From Acidimicrobiaceae bacterium (GTDB lineage Bacteria; Actinomycetota; Acidimicrobiia; Acidimicrobiales; RAAP-2), in assembly GCA_003133125.1 (NCBI GenBank), contig PKZO01000009.1, positions 322 through 50,535 of the forward strand: a stretch of DNA of 50,214 nucleotides, given 5' to 3'. Position numbers and translations under genes: made by a program. This document shows positions 9,344 to 19,595 of this stretch, piece after piece (the stretch's first letter is position 1; each line of letters opens with the position of its first letter). The notes beneath the pieces were generated by a model. It had not been told where the DNA came from and searched no databases. It saw only the letters and a program-made list of their open reading frames with translations.

Positions 9344-11497
9344 TTAGTCCAAAGAGATGGGGGTATCGATATCGATCACAGAGTCGTCGTCTCCGCTCAC
9401 GCCAACGACGTCAGGGGCGAGTGATACCGCCAAGTGCTCGCGCACTCGGCCATCGATCTCGGCCATGGTCTGCGGGTTCTCACGCAGGAACGCCTTCACG
9501 TTCTCACGGCCCTGACCCATCTGCTCGCCTTCGTAGGTGAACCAGGCGCCGGCCTTCTTCACGAACCCGAGCTCCACTGCGACGTCGAGCACCGAACCCT
9601 CGCGACTGATGCCATGGCCGTACATGATGTCGAACTCGGCCTGCTTGAAGGGTGCAGCGCACTTGTTCTTCACGACCTTCACGCGCGTGCGGTTGCCGAC
9701 GACCTCGGTGCCGTCCTTGATCGATTCAATCCGACGGATATCGAGACGAATCGACGAGTAGAACTTCAGGGCCCGCCCTCCGGGAGTCACTTCGGGCGAG
9801 TTGTGCACCACCACACCGTCGACGAGATAGTTGTGACTGTCCTCCACCTCGATATCGAAACGGTGCATCGAGCGCGTGCGGGGCTTCACCCTCACGTCGG
9901 TCACCGGCATCGCCATGAGCTGGTAACTCGGAGACACGAACTCTGCTTCGACATTGAACCGCCCACGGAAACGCGGCAGGAGTTTGTACTCCATGCTCGG
10001 GTGAACGTAAGGAGCGATCAAGGCTTGAAATTTCGCGGACTCGGCATTCGTGAAGACCAACACTGCCTTCTTCGACTTACCGCTTTCTTTAAGACACGCC
10101 TGAATACCCCAGGTGTCGGCAAGGTAGGCGACGAGGCGATTACGCGTCTGCTCCTCCATTGCCTCGATACAGATGCTCACCCGACCCGAGAGCTCCGCCG
10201 TGCGCTCTTGGGCACCCTTGGACCTCACCGTAAAGTTCGCGTCGTCCATGTACCAGAGCGCCAGCGAAAGCGGCGTAAGGGACTTGAGAAAGTCGTCGTC
10301 CAGGATCTTCTTTCCCTTCGCGTAGACGCTTCGTCGCGTGTCCGCGAGTTCCGGTAGCGGCTTGAAATCATAGGAAACGACACCGTCGGGGCGCACGTAC
10401 CGCGACGACGGCACATTCGCGAAGAGAGAAGCCTTCCAATCGGCGTACTCGGTCTGGGCAACACAGTTCGCGTAACGAAAACGTGCTCCAAGCCCACTGC
10501 GCGAAGGCGACAGCGATCCATCGCCCATTAGGGTTCCGCGAAGCGCCGTCGTCTGGAAATCGGACAAGTAGTGCGGCAGCGCCTCGAGCACCCGATCGCC
10601 TACCTTCAGCGTTCCCGCCTCCACCCAGCCTCCGGGCGTGCGAATGAGGTGATTCGACGTGCAAGCCAGTTGCGCCCGACCATTTTTCATGGGCTTCGCC
10701 ACCGTGATTTGAAGGAACTCTTCGGTACGTCCGTTGTCGAACCAATTCACCACCCGCTTGGGGACCATGGTGGCGGACTTCGCGTCATAAGACAGCACTT
10801 CAACGGGCAACTTCTGGTTCACGATCTTGCCGATCTTCTCGGTGGTGCCATCGGCCAGGACCACTCGAGCGTTGTACTGAAAGCACCCGTACATGACACC
10901 AATCTTTTCGCGTAGCTGGTTGATGAAAAGCGCAACCGTGTTGGACTTGGAGAGTCCTCCCGTCAACTTGCGAAGGGCTTGGCTCATGAGACGCGCCTGG
11001 AGGCCCACGTGGGTATCACCCATGTCGCCTTCGATCTCAGCGCGTGGCGTCAATGCCGCGACCGAGTCGATAACGATGACGTCAAGGGCACCCGAGCGGA
11101 TCAGCATGTCGCAGATCTCGAGGGCCTGCTCACCGGTGTCGGGCTGGCTGATGAGCAAGTCGTCCACGTTCACGCCAATGGCGCGCGCGTAGACCGGGTC
11201 CATCGCGTGCTCGGCGTCGATGTACGCGCACACGCCTCCGTTGCGTTGCGCCTCGGCGACCACGTGCATGGCGAGAGTCGACTTACCCGACGACTCGGGA
11301 CCGTACAGCTCGACGATTCGACCGCGGGGCAGTCCACCGATACCGAGCGCCATGTCGAGGGCCAGTGCGCCGGTGGGGATGGATTCGATATTCATGTGCA
11401 GGTTCTCACCCATACGCATGATTGATCCCTTACCGAACTGCTTCTCGATCTGGCCGAGGGCTGCGTCGAGGGCCTTAGCGCGGTCATCGGTTGCCAT
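9344..11497 (-). CDS. recA: Recombinase A precursor containing an intein
   Basis: [40 protein letters not shown]; ATG 11497 after AAGGAG SD (alternative ATG at 11521). Confidence 0.98.
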   Translation of the reverse strand: MATDDRAKALDAALGQIEKQFGKGSIMRMGENLHMNIESIPTGALALDMALGIGGLPRGRIVELYGPESSGKSTLAMHVVAEAQRNGGVCAYIDAEHAMDPVYARAIGVNVDDLLISQPDTGEQALEICDMLIRSGALDVIVIDSVAALTPRAEIEGDMGDTHVGLQARLMSQALRKLTGGLSKSNTVALFINQLREKIGVMYGCFQYNARVVLADGTTEKIGKIVNQKLPVEVLSYDAKSATMVPKRVVNWFDNGRTEEFLQITVAKPMKNGRAQLACTSNHLIRTPGGWVEAGTLKVGDRVLEALPHYLSDFQTTALRGTLMGDGSLSPSRSGLGARFRYANCVAQTEYADWKASLFANVPSSRYVRPDGVVSYDFKPLPELADTRRSVYAKGKKILDDDFLKSLTPLSLALWYMDDANFTVRSKGAQERTAELSGRVSICIEAMEEQTRNRLVAYLADTWGIQACLKESGKSKKAVLVFTNAESAKFQALIAPYVHPSMEYKLLPRFRGRFNVEAEFVSPSYQLMAMPVTDVRVKPRTRSMHRFDIEVEDSHNYLVDGVVVHNSPEVTPGGRALKFYSSIRLDIRRIESIKDGTEVVGNRTRVKVVKNKCAAPFKQAEFDIMYGHGISREGSVLDVAVELGFVKKAGAWFTYEGEQMGQGRENVKAFLRENPQTMAEIDGRVREHLAVSLAPDVVGVSGDDDSVIDIDTPISLD
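9800..10885 (-). mobile_element. RecA intein (362 aa) with LAGLIDADG homing endonuclease
   Basis: Insertion EKIGVMYG|CFQYNARV...VVVHN|SPEVTPGG; block B TSNH, endonuclease motifs [11 protein letters not shown] and [11 protein letters not shown], block [12 protein letters not shown]. Confidence 0.96.
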
Positions 11498-11527
11498 TGC
11501 TGTCTCCTTATTCTTTGTCATAGGGGA

Positions 11528-11549
11528 AAGCTATTTACCCCTAGTGACA
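11528..11549 (-). promoter_or_regulatory. PafBC / RecA-NDp-type DNA-damage promoter of recA
   Basis: Minus strand TGTCAC-TAGGGGTAAA(N10)-TAGCTT, fitting the mycobacterial TGTCR-..-TAnnnT spacing (TGTC+12+TAnnnT). Confidence 0.7.
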
Positions 11550-11579
11550 TCGGTCGGTCTCCACTTGGCTTCACGATAC

Positions 11580-11597
11580 TACGAACAAATGTTCGTA
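11580..11597. promoter_or_regulatory. LexA (SOS) box upstream of recA
   Basis: TACGAAC-AAAT-GTTCGTA palindrome = Gram-positive CGAAC-N4-GTTCG. Confidence 0.92.
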
Positions 11598-11699
11598 AAC
11601 AGTATTTGCCGACTTCCCCTTATCCTTAGCCGCCGCCACGTCGACGCTCGGCAATGGTGAGCGCTGATTCTAAAACCACTGGTCAAAGGGGAGAAATCT

Positions 11700-12944
11700 C
11701 TATCCGAGTGACAGCGTTACCGGTCCGCGCCCAGGGTCCGCCACGGCGAGGAACGCCCCCGCGACGCTGAGCGACCGGTTCGGCACGATACGGCCTACCC
11801 TTTCTCGGCCAATCTCCCGGCCGTCCTGACGTGCGACGAGCAGGCGCGACCCGCTGAAGGTCTTCGCGCGTAACGCCACCCGACTGACGGGCGAGAGGGG
11901 GTCGAAGCGGTTCGGCCACGCCCACGACAGGGGCGCCTCGACGCGCACGGCGATCTGGTCGTGTGACGATGAAGTCGAGTCGTTCGCCAAGTCCTTGACG
12001 AGCGCGCGCGCGACCTCACGAGCTCGAAGGGCCGCGACGTCGGCGGTCTCGACCGGGTGCAAGAGGTTGCCGGCCGCGTAGAACGACGCGACGCTCGTAC
12101 GCCCGCCGTCGTCACTCGCGGGACCGAGCGTGCCCGCGTCAAGCTCGACGCCCAGGCGGCGCGCCAACTCGTAGTCGGGAATCCAGTCGCCGCTGAACAC
12201 GACGACGTCGACCGCTTCGACGCGATGCGCACCGGTCCTTACGTCCTCGAGCACCACTTCGCGCACGCGCTGCTGCCCGTTGATCGCCACCACGCGCGTG
12301 CTCGTCCACACCGGTACGCCGAAGAACCTTCGCGCGGCGAACGCGAACGGCGCGACGCTCTGATGCTCTTCGAGGTCGGTGACCAGAGCCACCGGCTTCA
12401 CGTGCGCATGTCGCAACGTCATCATCGCCGAGAACGACACGTGCTCCGCTCCAATCACCAGTGCGCGCGTCCCAACGGGCAGACCCTTCCCGTAGACCCA
12501 CTGCTGGAGTTGACCCGTGGTGAACACGCCCGGCGGTCGGTCGCCCGCGACGAGTCGGGCGCTACGCGGTCGCTCGCGAGCGCCACTCGCGAGCAGCACC
12601 GCGCGCGACGTGATGTCGTGCACACCCGAGGAGTTCGTGGCGTGCGCTTGGCCGTTCTTCTCGAGCGACGTAACCGTCGTAGCCGTGAGGATCTGGACGC
12701 CCGAGGCGAGGGCGCGACGCACCAGTTCGTCGGCGTAACTCGGACCCGACAGCAAGCGGTGAAGGTCACGAAGACCGAATCCGGTGTGATGACAATGACG
12801 CGGAACCCCGCCCGCCTGCGCCTCGCGTTCAAGGACGAGAACTCGCACCACGCCCAAAGCACGCAGTTCGCTCGCCGCGCTGAGTCCGGCGGGCCCAGCC
12901 CCCACGACCAGGACGTCGCAATCAATCTCATTGTGCCTGGTCAT
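11700..12944 (-). CDS. FAD-dependent pyridine nucleotide-disulfide oxidoreductase family protein
   Basis: GAGPAG, GGVPRHCHHTGFG, LASGARERPR, YAAGNLLHPVETAD. Confidence 0.88.
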   Translation of the reverse strand: MTRHNEIDCDVLVVGAGPAGLSAASELRALGVVRVLVLEREAQAGGVPRHCHHTGFGLRDLHRLLSGPSYADELVRRALASGVQILTATTVTSLEKNGQAHATNSSGVHDITSRAVLLASGARERPRSARLVAGDRPPGVFTTGQLQQWVYGKGLPVGTRALVIGAEHVSFSAMMTLRHAHVKPVALVTDLEEHQSVAPFAFAARRFFGVPVWTSTRVVAINGQQRVREVVLEDVRTGAHRVEAVDVVVFSGDWIPDYELARRLGVELDAGTLGPASDDGGRTSVASFYAAGNLLHPVETADVAALRAREVARALVKDLANDSTSSSHDQIAVRVEAPLSWAWPNRFDPLSPVSRVALRAKTFSGSRLLVARQDGREIGRERVGRIVPNRSLSVAGAFLAVADPGRGPVTLSLG

Positions 12945-14368
12945 GAGTCAAGTCCGGTGAGGGCCGCCGGCGAGCGTCCGCTCAGTTCGCTCAGCAGTGC
13001 CACCACTTCAGCGCCGCAGTAGAACCCCTGGCAGCGACCGTTCATGGCCCTCGTGCGACGACGCAAGGCACCCAGGTCGTTGGCGCCGAGGACGCCCGTG
13101 CACGCGTCGCGGATCTCGCCCTGGGTCACGCGCTCGCAGTGGCACACGACCTGGCCGTACGCGGGGTCGCGTCCGATCGCCGCCGCGTCAAGGTAACGAC
13201 GCAGTTGTTGCTCGCCCAATGGCGCCATGTCGGGCGTCTCGGGAACCAACATCCGCGCCGTCAGTTCGAGTCCCTCGTCGCCCAACAAGCCCGTCACGTA
13301 CTCAGCGATCGCCATCGACGCGGTGAGTCCCGTCGAGCGGATCCCGCCGACGCACACGTACGCCTCGCCCGCGTGGACGCGGATCTGGTAGTCCTGGAAC
13401 TGCGTGGCGGCGCGAAGTCCCGCGTACGTCGCGGTGACCTCTTCGTCGACCAGTTTCGGCACCACCTTGCGAGCCGCCTCGAACAACCTGGTGATGCCCT
13501 GCTCGGTGGTCGCGGTGGCGAAGGGATCGTCGACGTCATCGGCGGTAGGACCGAGTAGCACGTTGCCGTAGACCGTCGGCGCGATGAGGACGCCCTTGGT
13601 GCGCTGGGTTGGCACCGGCAAGATGATCGACGTGATGAGGTCTCGTGCGAGCTTGTCAAAGACCACCAACTCGCCTCGACGAGGCGTCACGGTGAAGTCA
13701 TCGTGATCACAAAGACCGTCCACGTCACTCGAGAAGAGACCCGCCGCGTTGACGAGCCAACGACTCCTCACGTCGCCCTGGCCCGTGGCGAGCACGTGAA
13801 GGCCTTCCACGCGCGCGACGCCCGTCACCTGCGCGTTCAACAAGAACGACACGCCCGCGCTCGCCGCTTCGAGTGCGTAGGCGAGCACGGTCGACCAGGG
13901 ACAGATGATGGACTCACCCGGTACCGCGAGACCTCCCCGCACGCCCTCACCCAGGTTCGGTTCACGGTCGCGAACCTGGGCGGCGCTCAGGATCTGGGTC
14001 GCGTCGTAGCCATTCTTCTCGGCCTTTTCTTGCAATGATGTGAGGGCCGCCTGCTGCTCGTCGTCCCAGGCCACGAGTAGTCCCCCCGTGCGCTCGAGGG
14101 CGATGCCCGCCTCCTCGGCGTAGGCACCCAGGAGGTGATAACCCCGCGAGACCAGCGATGATTCGAGCGAACCCGGTACGCAGTCAAAGCCAGTGTGCAA
14201 GATCGCGGTGTTCGCTTTGGACGTGCCGTTTCCGACGTCACCCGAGCGCTCCAGCACCACGACCGACACTTCGTAACGCGCGAGTTCGCGCGCGATCGCA
14301 CAACCCACCACCCCCGCACCGATCACGGCGACGTCGTAGGGCGTGTCTCGCACGATGCCCTGGGTCAT
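12941..14368 (-). CDS. FAD-dependent oxidoreductase with C-terminal BFD-like [2Fe-2S] domain (glycerol-3-phosphate dehydrogenase/oxidase-like)
   Basis: GAGVVG, GTSKANTAILHTGFD, GIRSTGLTAS, VCHCE...RRTRAMNGRCQGFYC. Confidence 0.9.
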   Translation of the reverse strand: MTQGIVRDTPYDVAVIGAGVVGCAIARELARYEVSVVVLERSGDVGNGTSKANTAILHTGFDCVPGSLESSLVSRGYHLLGAYAEEAGIALERTGGLLVAWDDEQQAALTSLQEKAEKNGYDATQILSAAQVRDREPNLGEGVRGGLAVPGESIICPWSTVLAYALEAASAGVSFLLNAQVTGVARVEGLHVLATGQGDVRSRWLVNAAGLFSSDVDGLCDHDDFTVTPRRGELVVFDKLARDLITSIILPVPTQRTKGVLIAPTVYGNVLLGPTADDVDDPFATATTEQGITRLFEAARKVVPKLVDEEVTATYAGLRAATQFQDYQIRVHAGEAYVCVGGIRSTGLTASMAIAEYVTGLLGDEGLELTARMLVPETPDMAPLGEQQLRRYLDAAAIGRDPAYGQVVCHCERVTQGEIRDACTGVLGANDLGALRRRTRAMNGRCQGFYCGAEVVALLSELSGRSPAALTGLDS

Positions 14369-15804
14369 CGCCCCTCGTGGCTCTGCGCGTCCACGGTACG
14401 CGCCACTGCTCGCTCGAACCGCTCGAGCCGACGCGCAGCGTCGTCGGCCGAGATCGACGGCTCGTAGCGACGAGCGAGTGAGGGCAGTCCCTCGCCGATC
14501 GACTTCGCGGCCCCGGCGCCCAAGCGCGCGAGCGCGGCCACGCCCAGTGCGGTCGCGTGCGGCGACGGATATAACTCGACGGGGATCTGGAGTAGGTCGG
14601 CTTGACTCTGCATGAGGACCGACGACCTCGTAAGCCCACCGTCGACGCGCAGCGACACCATCCGCTCACCGAGGTCGGCCTCTGCCGCACGCACCAGCAT
14701 CGCTACTTGAGCCGCGATGCCCTCGAGGACCGCTCGCACGATCTCGGCGGGCCCCGTATCCAGACTGAGGCCCTCGAGGTGGGCCTTCGCGTGGGGTTGC
14801 CAGTAGGGCGCGCCGAGCCCAACGAACGAGGCCACGCACACCACACCCGAATCGCTCGGGGCCCTCGACGCCACGGCGTCGAGGTCGGCCGCGCTCTTGA
14901 CGAGTCCCGTCGTTCGCAGCCACTCCACGGCGCTGCCCGCGGTGTAGACCTGGCCGTCCAGGCAGTACGCGTGCTCGTCGCCGTACTGCCAGGCGACCGA
15001 CGCCGAAAGACCGTTGTTCGATCGTCGGGGCGTTGCCCCGGTGGTGACGAGTAAGAACGCGCCCGTGCCGTAGGTGCACTTTCCCTCACCTGCGCGAAGA
15101 CATCCTTCGCCCACGAGCGCCGCCTGCTGATCGACCGCCAACCCAGTGACGCGAAGCGGCGGACCGAACGCCGAGGTCTCAGCGAGTTCGCCCGCGCAAT
15201 CAACCACCTCGGGTAGTGAGTTGCGATCGAGTCCGAACAAACCGACCGCCTCGTCGGACCAGGCGCGGGTGTCCAGGTCCAAGAGCAGCGAACGTGAGGC
15301 GGTACTGGCGTCGGTGACGCAGCGTCCGGTGAGGCGATAATTGAGCCAGGCGTCGATGCCGCTGACCCGAACGCCCGCGTCCACTCGTTCGCGGAGCCAC
15401 GTCAATTTGGGCGCAGTGAAGTACGGATCGAGCGGTAGGCCGGTGATCGCGCGCAAACGTGCCGCCGAAGCGCCCAGACGATTGGTCACCACGGACGCGC
15501 GCCGGTCTTGCCATGAGATTGCGGGATGGACTGCCTCACCGCCAGCGCGCCAGGCGACCGCGGTCTCACCCTGGTTCGCGATGCCCACGGCGTGCACGGG
15601 CGACGACGCGGCCGCCAACGCCGCCCGTCCTGCGTTGACGATGGACGAAAGCAACTCCTCGGGATCCTGCTGCACGCCGCCGTTACCCACCGGCGTCGGA
15701 TGCACGGGCACCTCGGCCTCTGAGAGGACGTCGCCACTTTCGCTGACGACCAGAGCCTTCGTCGACGAAGTGCCCTGGTCGATGGCGAGGACGTTGAAGC
15801 TCAC
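14365..15804 (-). CDS. FGGY-family carbohydrate kinase (glycerol kinase-like)
   Basis: AIDQGTSSTKA, NQGET, WQDRR, DPYFTAPK, TDASTASRS, DQQAAL, KCTYGTG, GLGAPYW, VDGG. Confidence 0.92.
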   Translation of the reverse strand: MSFNVLAIDQGTSSTKALVVSESGDVLSEAEVPVHPTPVGNGGVQQDPEELLSSIVNAGRAALAAASSPVHAVGIANQGETAVAWRAGGEAVHPAISWQDRRASVVTNRLGASAARLRAITGLPLDPYFTAPKLTWLRERVDAGVRVSGIDAWLNYRLTGRCVTDASTASRSLLLDLDTRAWSDEAVGLFGLDRNSLPEVVDCAGELAETSAFGPPLRVTGLAVDQQAALVGEGCLRAGEGKCTYGTGAFLLVTTGATPRRSNNGLSASVAWQYGDEHAYCLDGQVYTAGSAVEWLRTTGLVKSAADLDAVASRAPSDSGVVCVASFVGLGAPYWQPHAKAHLEGLSLDTGPAEIVRAVLEGIAAQVAMLVRAAEADLGERMVSLRVDGGLTRSSVLMQSQADLLQIPVELYPSPHATALGVAALARLGAGAAKSIGEGLPSLARRYEPSISADDAARRLERFERAVARTVDAQSHEGR

Positions 15805-16183
15805 TTCAGGACTGTAGTGTTCCCTGACCCGGCGCCGGCGCGTAGCGAAGCCGGATCCAGCAAGAGCTGACCGAGGTATAGCACGACATCGGCGACCAGC
15901 GAACCGAGCAGGTAGTACTGGGCGGGGCAGAACTCCGCGGGACCAATGATGACGACCAGTTCAAAGGCGAGTCACAACAAGGCGACCTCACCACGGGCGT
16001 CTCCCATTTGGCGAGTTGGGGGCGACCCTCTTCAGTCGATATCTCGTGCACCTTAGTGACGTAGAGGATTACCGGCATGATTGTAGAGGCCCCGAAGAGA
16101 TGCACGAGTACGTTGGCCTTGTTCTGAGACGCCAGAATGATTCCGATGCCGAGCGCGAGCGCCGTCGCGAGCCAACCACTCAG
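15801..16183 (-). pseudogene. Decayed C-terminal fragment of a membrane transporter, probably an APC amino-acid permease
   Basis: Hydrophobic peptides in two frames: LSGWLATALALGIGIILA..LFGASTIMPVILYV..LAKWETPVV, frameshift, then VALL*LAFELVVIIGPAEF..YYLLGSLVADVVLYLGQ; TGA at 15972-15974 where Trp is expected; second frame ends overlapping the kinase GTG. Confidence 0.65.
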
Positions 16184-16330
16184 TCATCGGTCCTTGACGC
16201 ACTGGTCGAGGTGGGCCCGAATTCGTTTCAATCGACGCTGATCAAGTCAAAATACCGTCAGGTCGATTCGCAGTTTCAACAACGCCATGCCGATCCTTTG
16301 GCTTCGAACCGAGATCAGGAGATTCGCCGC

Positions 16331-17590
16331 TCAAGTCGTGCGGTCGAGCACCCGTCGCAGTGCGTCGAGCGCACTGATTGCACTGTAAGCACGCACGCGA
16401 GGACGGTCCCCTGGCAGGCGAAGGGCCACGTCGGTGATTTCGTCACCCACCGCCAAGCCCACGAACACCGTGCCAGCGGGCTGGGCGTCCTGCTCTTCTG
16501 GTCCGGCGACACCGGTCACGCTGAGCCCGACGTCCGCTCCGAGCACCCTTCGCACTCCCTCAGCCATGGCGCGAGCCGCCGCCGCGCTCACCACGGGTCC
16601 TTCGGGCACGCCGAGCAGGTCGTACTTCACGTCCGACGCGTAGCTCACGACGCCGCCGCGAAACCATCGTGACGCGCCCGCGACGCTCACCAGACGACTC
16701 GCGATGAGTCCGCCCGTGAGTGACTCGGCCACGCTCAGCGTGAGGTTTTTCCCCAGTAGTCGATTCGCCACCACGTCTTCCATTGACTGGTCGTCGACTC
16801 CGAAGATGATGTCGCCCAATTTCAGGTCGATCAAGGTACGAACCTTGTTCTCCTCTTCAGCGAGTAATGACGAGGCGTGTTCGGCGTCGTCGCCCCTCGC
16901 GGTTATTCGCACTTTGATACCTTCGATGCCCGACGCGAGGAACGCAATCGTCACCCGGCCGCCGTCTTCGAGCGCGTCGAATCGCTCGCTCACCGCTTCA
17001 GCGAGGGCGGACTCACTCGCCCCCCAGGTGCGCAGCACCCGACTCGTGATCACCGACGTCGTTCCGCCAGCTCGCTCGCGCGCCAAGAGGTCAGGCAGTA
17101 TCGCGCGTTCGAACATGTCGGTCATCTCGTAGGGAACCCCGGGCACCGCGTAGACGACCTTCAGGCCCACCGGACAGATCAAGCCCGGCGCGGTGCCCCT
17201 GGTCTGGGGGATGATCGTGGCCCCGCGCGGCACGTCGGCTTGGAGCAAGTTGTTGTCGGGCATTGAACGCCCGCGCGACTGGAACATCGCGCGGATCACT
17301 TCGACGATGTCATCTCGACGCTCGAGCGGCACGTTCATCACCTCGGCCAGCGCGGCTCGGGTGATGTCGTCCTGGGTGGGCCCGAGTCCTCCGCAGACAA
17401 TGACCGCGTCACTGCGCGCGAGCGCCGTGCGAAAGGCCAGCACGATCCGCTCGTGATTGTCACCAACGTGTTGGTGAAAGTGCGAGGCGACGCCGTTCGC
17501 GGCGAGCTGCTCGCCAATCCACTGTGAGTTCGTATCGGGAATCTGGCCGAGCAACAACTCGGTGCCGACGGCGACTACCTCAACTCGCAC
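16331..17590 (-). CDS. cinA: Competence/damage-inducible protein CinA (MocF + PncC domains)
   Basis: VGTELLLG...DTN, VGDN, GGLGPTQDDIT, GTAPG, AESLTGG, TGVAGP. Confidence 0.95.
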   Translation of the reverse strand: MRVEVVAVGTELLLGQIPDTNSQWIGEQLAANGVASHFHQHVGDNHERIVLAFRTALARSDAVIVCGGLGPTQDDITRAALAEVMNVPLERRDDIVEVIRAMFQSRGRSMPDNNLLQADVPRGATIIPQTRGTAPGLICPVGLKVVYAVPGVPYEMTDMFERAILPDLLARERAGGTTSVITSRVLRTWGASESALAEAVSERFDALEDGGRVTIAFLASGIEGIKVRITARGDDAEHASSLLAEEENKVRTLIDLKLGDIIFGVDDQSMEDVVANRLLGKNLTLSVAESLTGGLIASRLVSVAGASRWFRGGVVSYASDVKYDLLGVPEGPVVSAAAARAMAEGVRRVLGADVGLSVTGVAGPEEQDAQPAGTVFVGLAVGDEITDVALRLPGDRPRVRAYSAISALDALRRVLDRTT

Positions 17591-18155
17591 TCGCCAAGAC
17601 CTTCTTACCGTCGACGTAGTACCGCCACCCGGTGTAGATCGTCATGATGGCGGCGAGCCAAATGGTACCCACGCCCAGCCAGGTGTGGTGCGCGACAAGG
17701 GGAATCACGCAAAAGGCGATCGCCCAATCCTGGACGAACGTCTTCCATTTGGCGAGTCTGCTCGCGGGGATGCTGATGCCCTTGCGTGCGGCCTTGGCCC
17801 GATAGAAGCTCATCCAGATTTCGCGCAGGGTGATGATGATCGCGGGGATGATGAAGCTCTTGAGACCGTGGGGTCGACAGATGATCAAGGCGTAGAGGCT
17901 CCCGAGCACGATGACCTTGTCGGCGAGTGGGTCGAGAAACGCCCCCGAGGTCGTGGTGCCGTGACGACGCGCGACGATGCCGTCGAAGTAGTCCGACGCC
18001 GCGGCGATAAAACCCACGCCCGCGGTCCACCACGAGATGCGCTCGAAGATGATGAGGTAGATAAAGATCGGCGAGACGAGGAGTCGAAAGCTAGTCATGA
18101 GGTTCGCCGGGGTCAGGAGGGCGCTTTCGCCGTAGGTACGTTCTTTTACGCTCAT
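17580..18155 (-). CDS. pgsA: CDP-diacylglycerol--glycerol-3-phosphate 3-phosphatidyltransferase
   Basis: TPANLMTSFR, SDYFDGIVAR...GAFLDPLADK CDP-alcohol phosphotransferase motif; rimO-pgsA-cinA synteny. Confidence 0.93.
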   Translation of the reverse strand: MSVKERTYGESALLTPANLMTSFRLLVSPIFIYLIIFERISWWTAGVGFIAAASDYFDGIVARRHGTTTSGAFLDPLADKVIVLGSLYALIICRPHGLKSFIIPAIIITLREIWMSFYRAKAARKGISIPASRLAKWKTFVQDWAIAFCVIPLVAHHTWLGVGTIWLAAIMTIYTGWRYYVDGKKVLASAS

Positions 18156-19450
18156 ACCTTCACCCCCTCCAGGTCAGTCCCGCAGCTCGCCACGATCTGG
18201 CACTCCACCATCTCTCCCACGCTAAGTGACGAATCGACCATTACGACGCCATCGATTTCGGGGCACTCTCGAACGCTTCGCCCCACCCCCGGCCCGTCGA
18301 TCAGCAGTCGTTGCCGGGTTCCCACCAGGGCGTCGCGTCGACGAGCGGTGATGGCGTCCTGGCGCTCGCTGACCTCGCGAAGACGCTCGAGGGCGAGTTC
18401 GTGGGGGACCTGGTTGACGAGACCGTGGGCCAAGGTGCCCTCCTCGCTCGAAAAGGTGAAGAATCCGGCCCAGTCGAGTTGGGCGGCGTCGATGAACTCG
18501 AGCAACGCCCGTTGGTCGTCTTCGGTCTCGCCGGGGTATCCGAGGATGAACGATGAGCGAAACGTCGCGTCGGGTTCACTTCGCCGGATGGCTTCGATGC
18601 GCTCGAGGAACCGATCGGCGTCGCCCCAGCGTCGCATCGCGCGCAGCAGCGGACGCGACGCGTGTTGGAGCGAGAGGTCGAAGTAGGGCACGCCGGTTTC
18701 GATGATGGTCTCGATGAGACCGCTCGTAAGCCCCGATGGATAGAGGTACAGGAGTCGCACTCGTTCGACCTCGCGACCGAGCGCCTTGGTCAGTTCGATG
18801 AGTGGTTGCGTGCCGCCCTCGTCGAGTACCTCGACCGCTTCACCGCGTCCGGCGCGACGACGGTCATGACCCCAACTCGCGAGGTCCTGGGCGATGAGCA
18901 CGAGTTCCTTCACGCCGCCTTGGACGAGGGCGCGCGCTTCTGCGAGGATCTCCTCATTCGAACGTGAACGTTGATCACCGCGAAACGTCGGGATTGCGCA
19001 GAACCCGCAGCGCCGGTCACAGCCTTCGGCGATCTTCACGTAGGCCCAGGGCGTCGCCGACTTGGGCCGAGGCAGATTCAACAGATCAAAGGACGGCGTC
19101 GCGCGCGTGCGCAACGCCACCGGGGTCGAAGGGACGATCAGGCTCTCACCAAATCCCGCGACGAGGTCGACTTCGGGCAGGGCGGCCGCCAGTTCCTCGC
19201 CGTAGCGTTCGGCCATGCAGCCCGTGACCACGAGCCTTGCGCCATGTTGTTTCTGGTCCGCGAGGAGAAGAACTGTCTCGATGGACTCTTCACGAGCGGC
19301 CTCGATGAACGCGCACGTATTGGCGACGACCAGGTCCGCCTCCTCGGGTGAAGTCGCGAGGTCGTAGCCCTGGGTCTGAAGAAGACCGGCGAGTTTCTCC
19401 GAATCCACGTGGTTCTTCGGGCACCCGAGTGTCTCGATCCAGTACCGCAC
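18152..19450 (-). CDS. rimO: Ribosomal protein S12 methylthiotransferase
   Basis: LGCPKNHVDSE, NTCAFIEAAREES, KIAEGCDRRCGFCAIP radical SAM motif, PEIDG; GTG 19450 after GAGGAG. Confidence 0.94.
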   Translation of the reverse strand: MRYWIETLGCPKNHVDSEKLAGLLQTQGYDLATSPEEADLVVANTCAFIEAAREESIETVLLLADQKQHGARLVVTGCMAERYGEELAAALPEVDLVAGFGESLIVPSTPVALRTRATPSFDLLNLPRPKSATPWAYVKIAEGCDRRCGFCAIPTFRGDQRSRSNEEILAEARALVQGGVKELVLIAQDLASWGHDRRRAGRGEAVEVLDEGGTQPLIELTKALGREVERVRLLYLYPSGLTSGLIETIIETGVPYFDLSLQHASRPLLRAMRRWGDADRFLERIEAIRRSEPDATFRSSFILGYPGETEDDQRALLEFIDAAQLDWAGFFTFSSEEGTLAHGLVNQVPHELALERLREVSERQDAITARRRDALVGTRQRLLIDGPGVGRSVRECPEIDGVVMVDSSLSVGEMVECQIVASCGTDLEGVKV

Positions 19451-19473
19451 CACCGTCTCCTCTATAAGCGCCA

Positions 19474-19498
19474 ACACCGAGCGCACTGCGCTCGGTGT
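19474..19498. terminator. GC-rich hairpin between tRNA-Ser(GCT) and rimO
   Basis: acaccgagcgca-c-tgcgctcggtgt, a 12-bp inverted repeat; no long U tract. Confidence 0.55.
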
Positions 19499-19501
19499 CA
19501 A

Positions 19502-19595
19502 TGGCGGAGAGGGAGGGATTTGAACCCTCGGGCCCACTTTCGCAGGCCGCATTCTTAGCAGGAATGTGGTTTAAACCGAACTCACCCACCTCTCC
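19502..19595 (-). tRNA. tRNA-Ser(GCT)
   Basis: GGAGAGG acceptor, anticodon arm CATTC-CTGCTAA-GAATG, long variable arm, GGTTCAAATCC T-loop, encoded GCCA end. Confidence 0.96.

Noticed and set aside
16016-16672. 218-aa plus-strand ORF and the 99-aa ORF 15806-16105 as intact genes
   Set aside because: They overlap cinA antisense or represent one frame of the permease remnant
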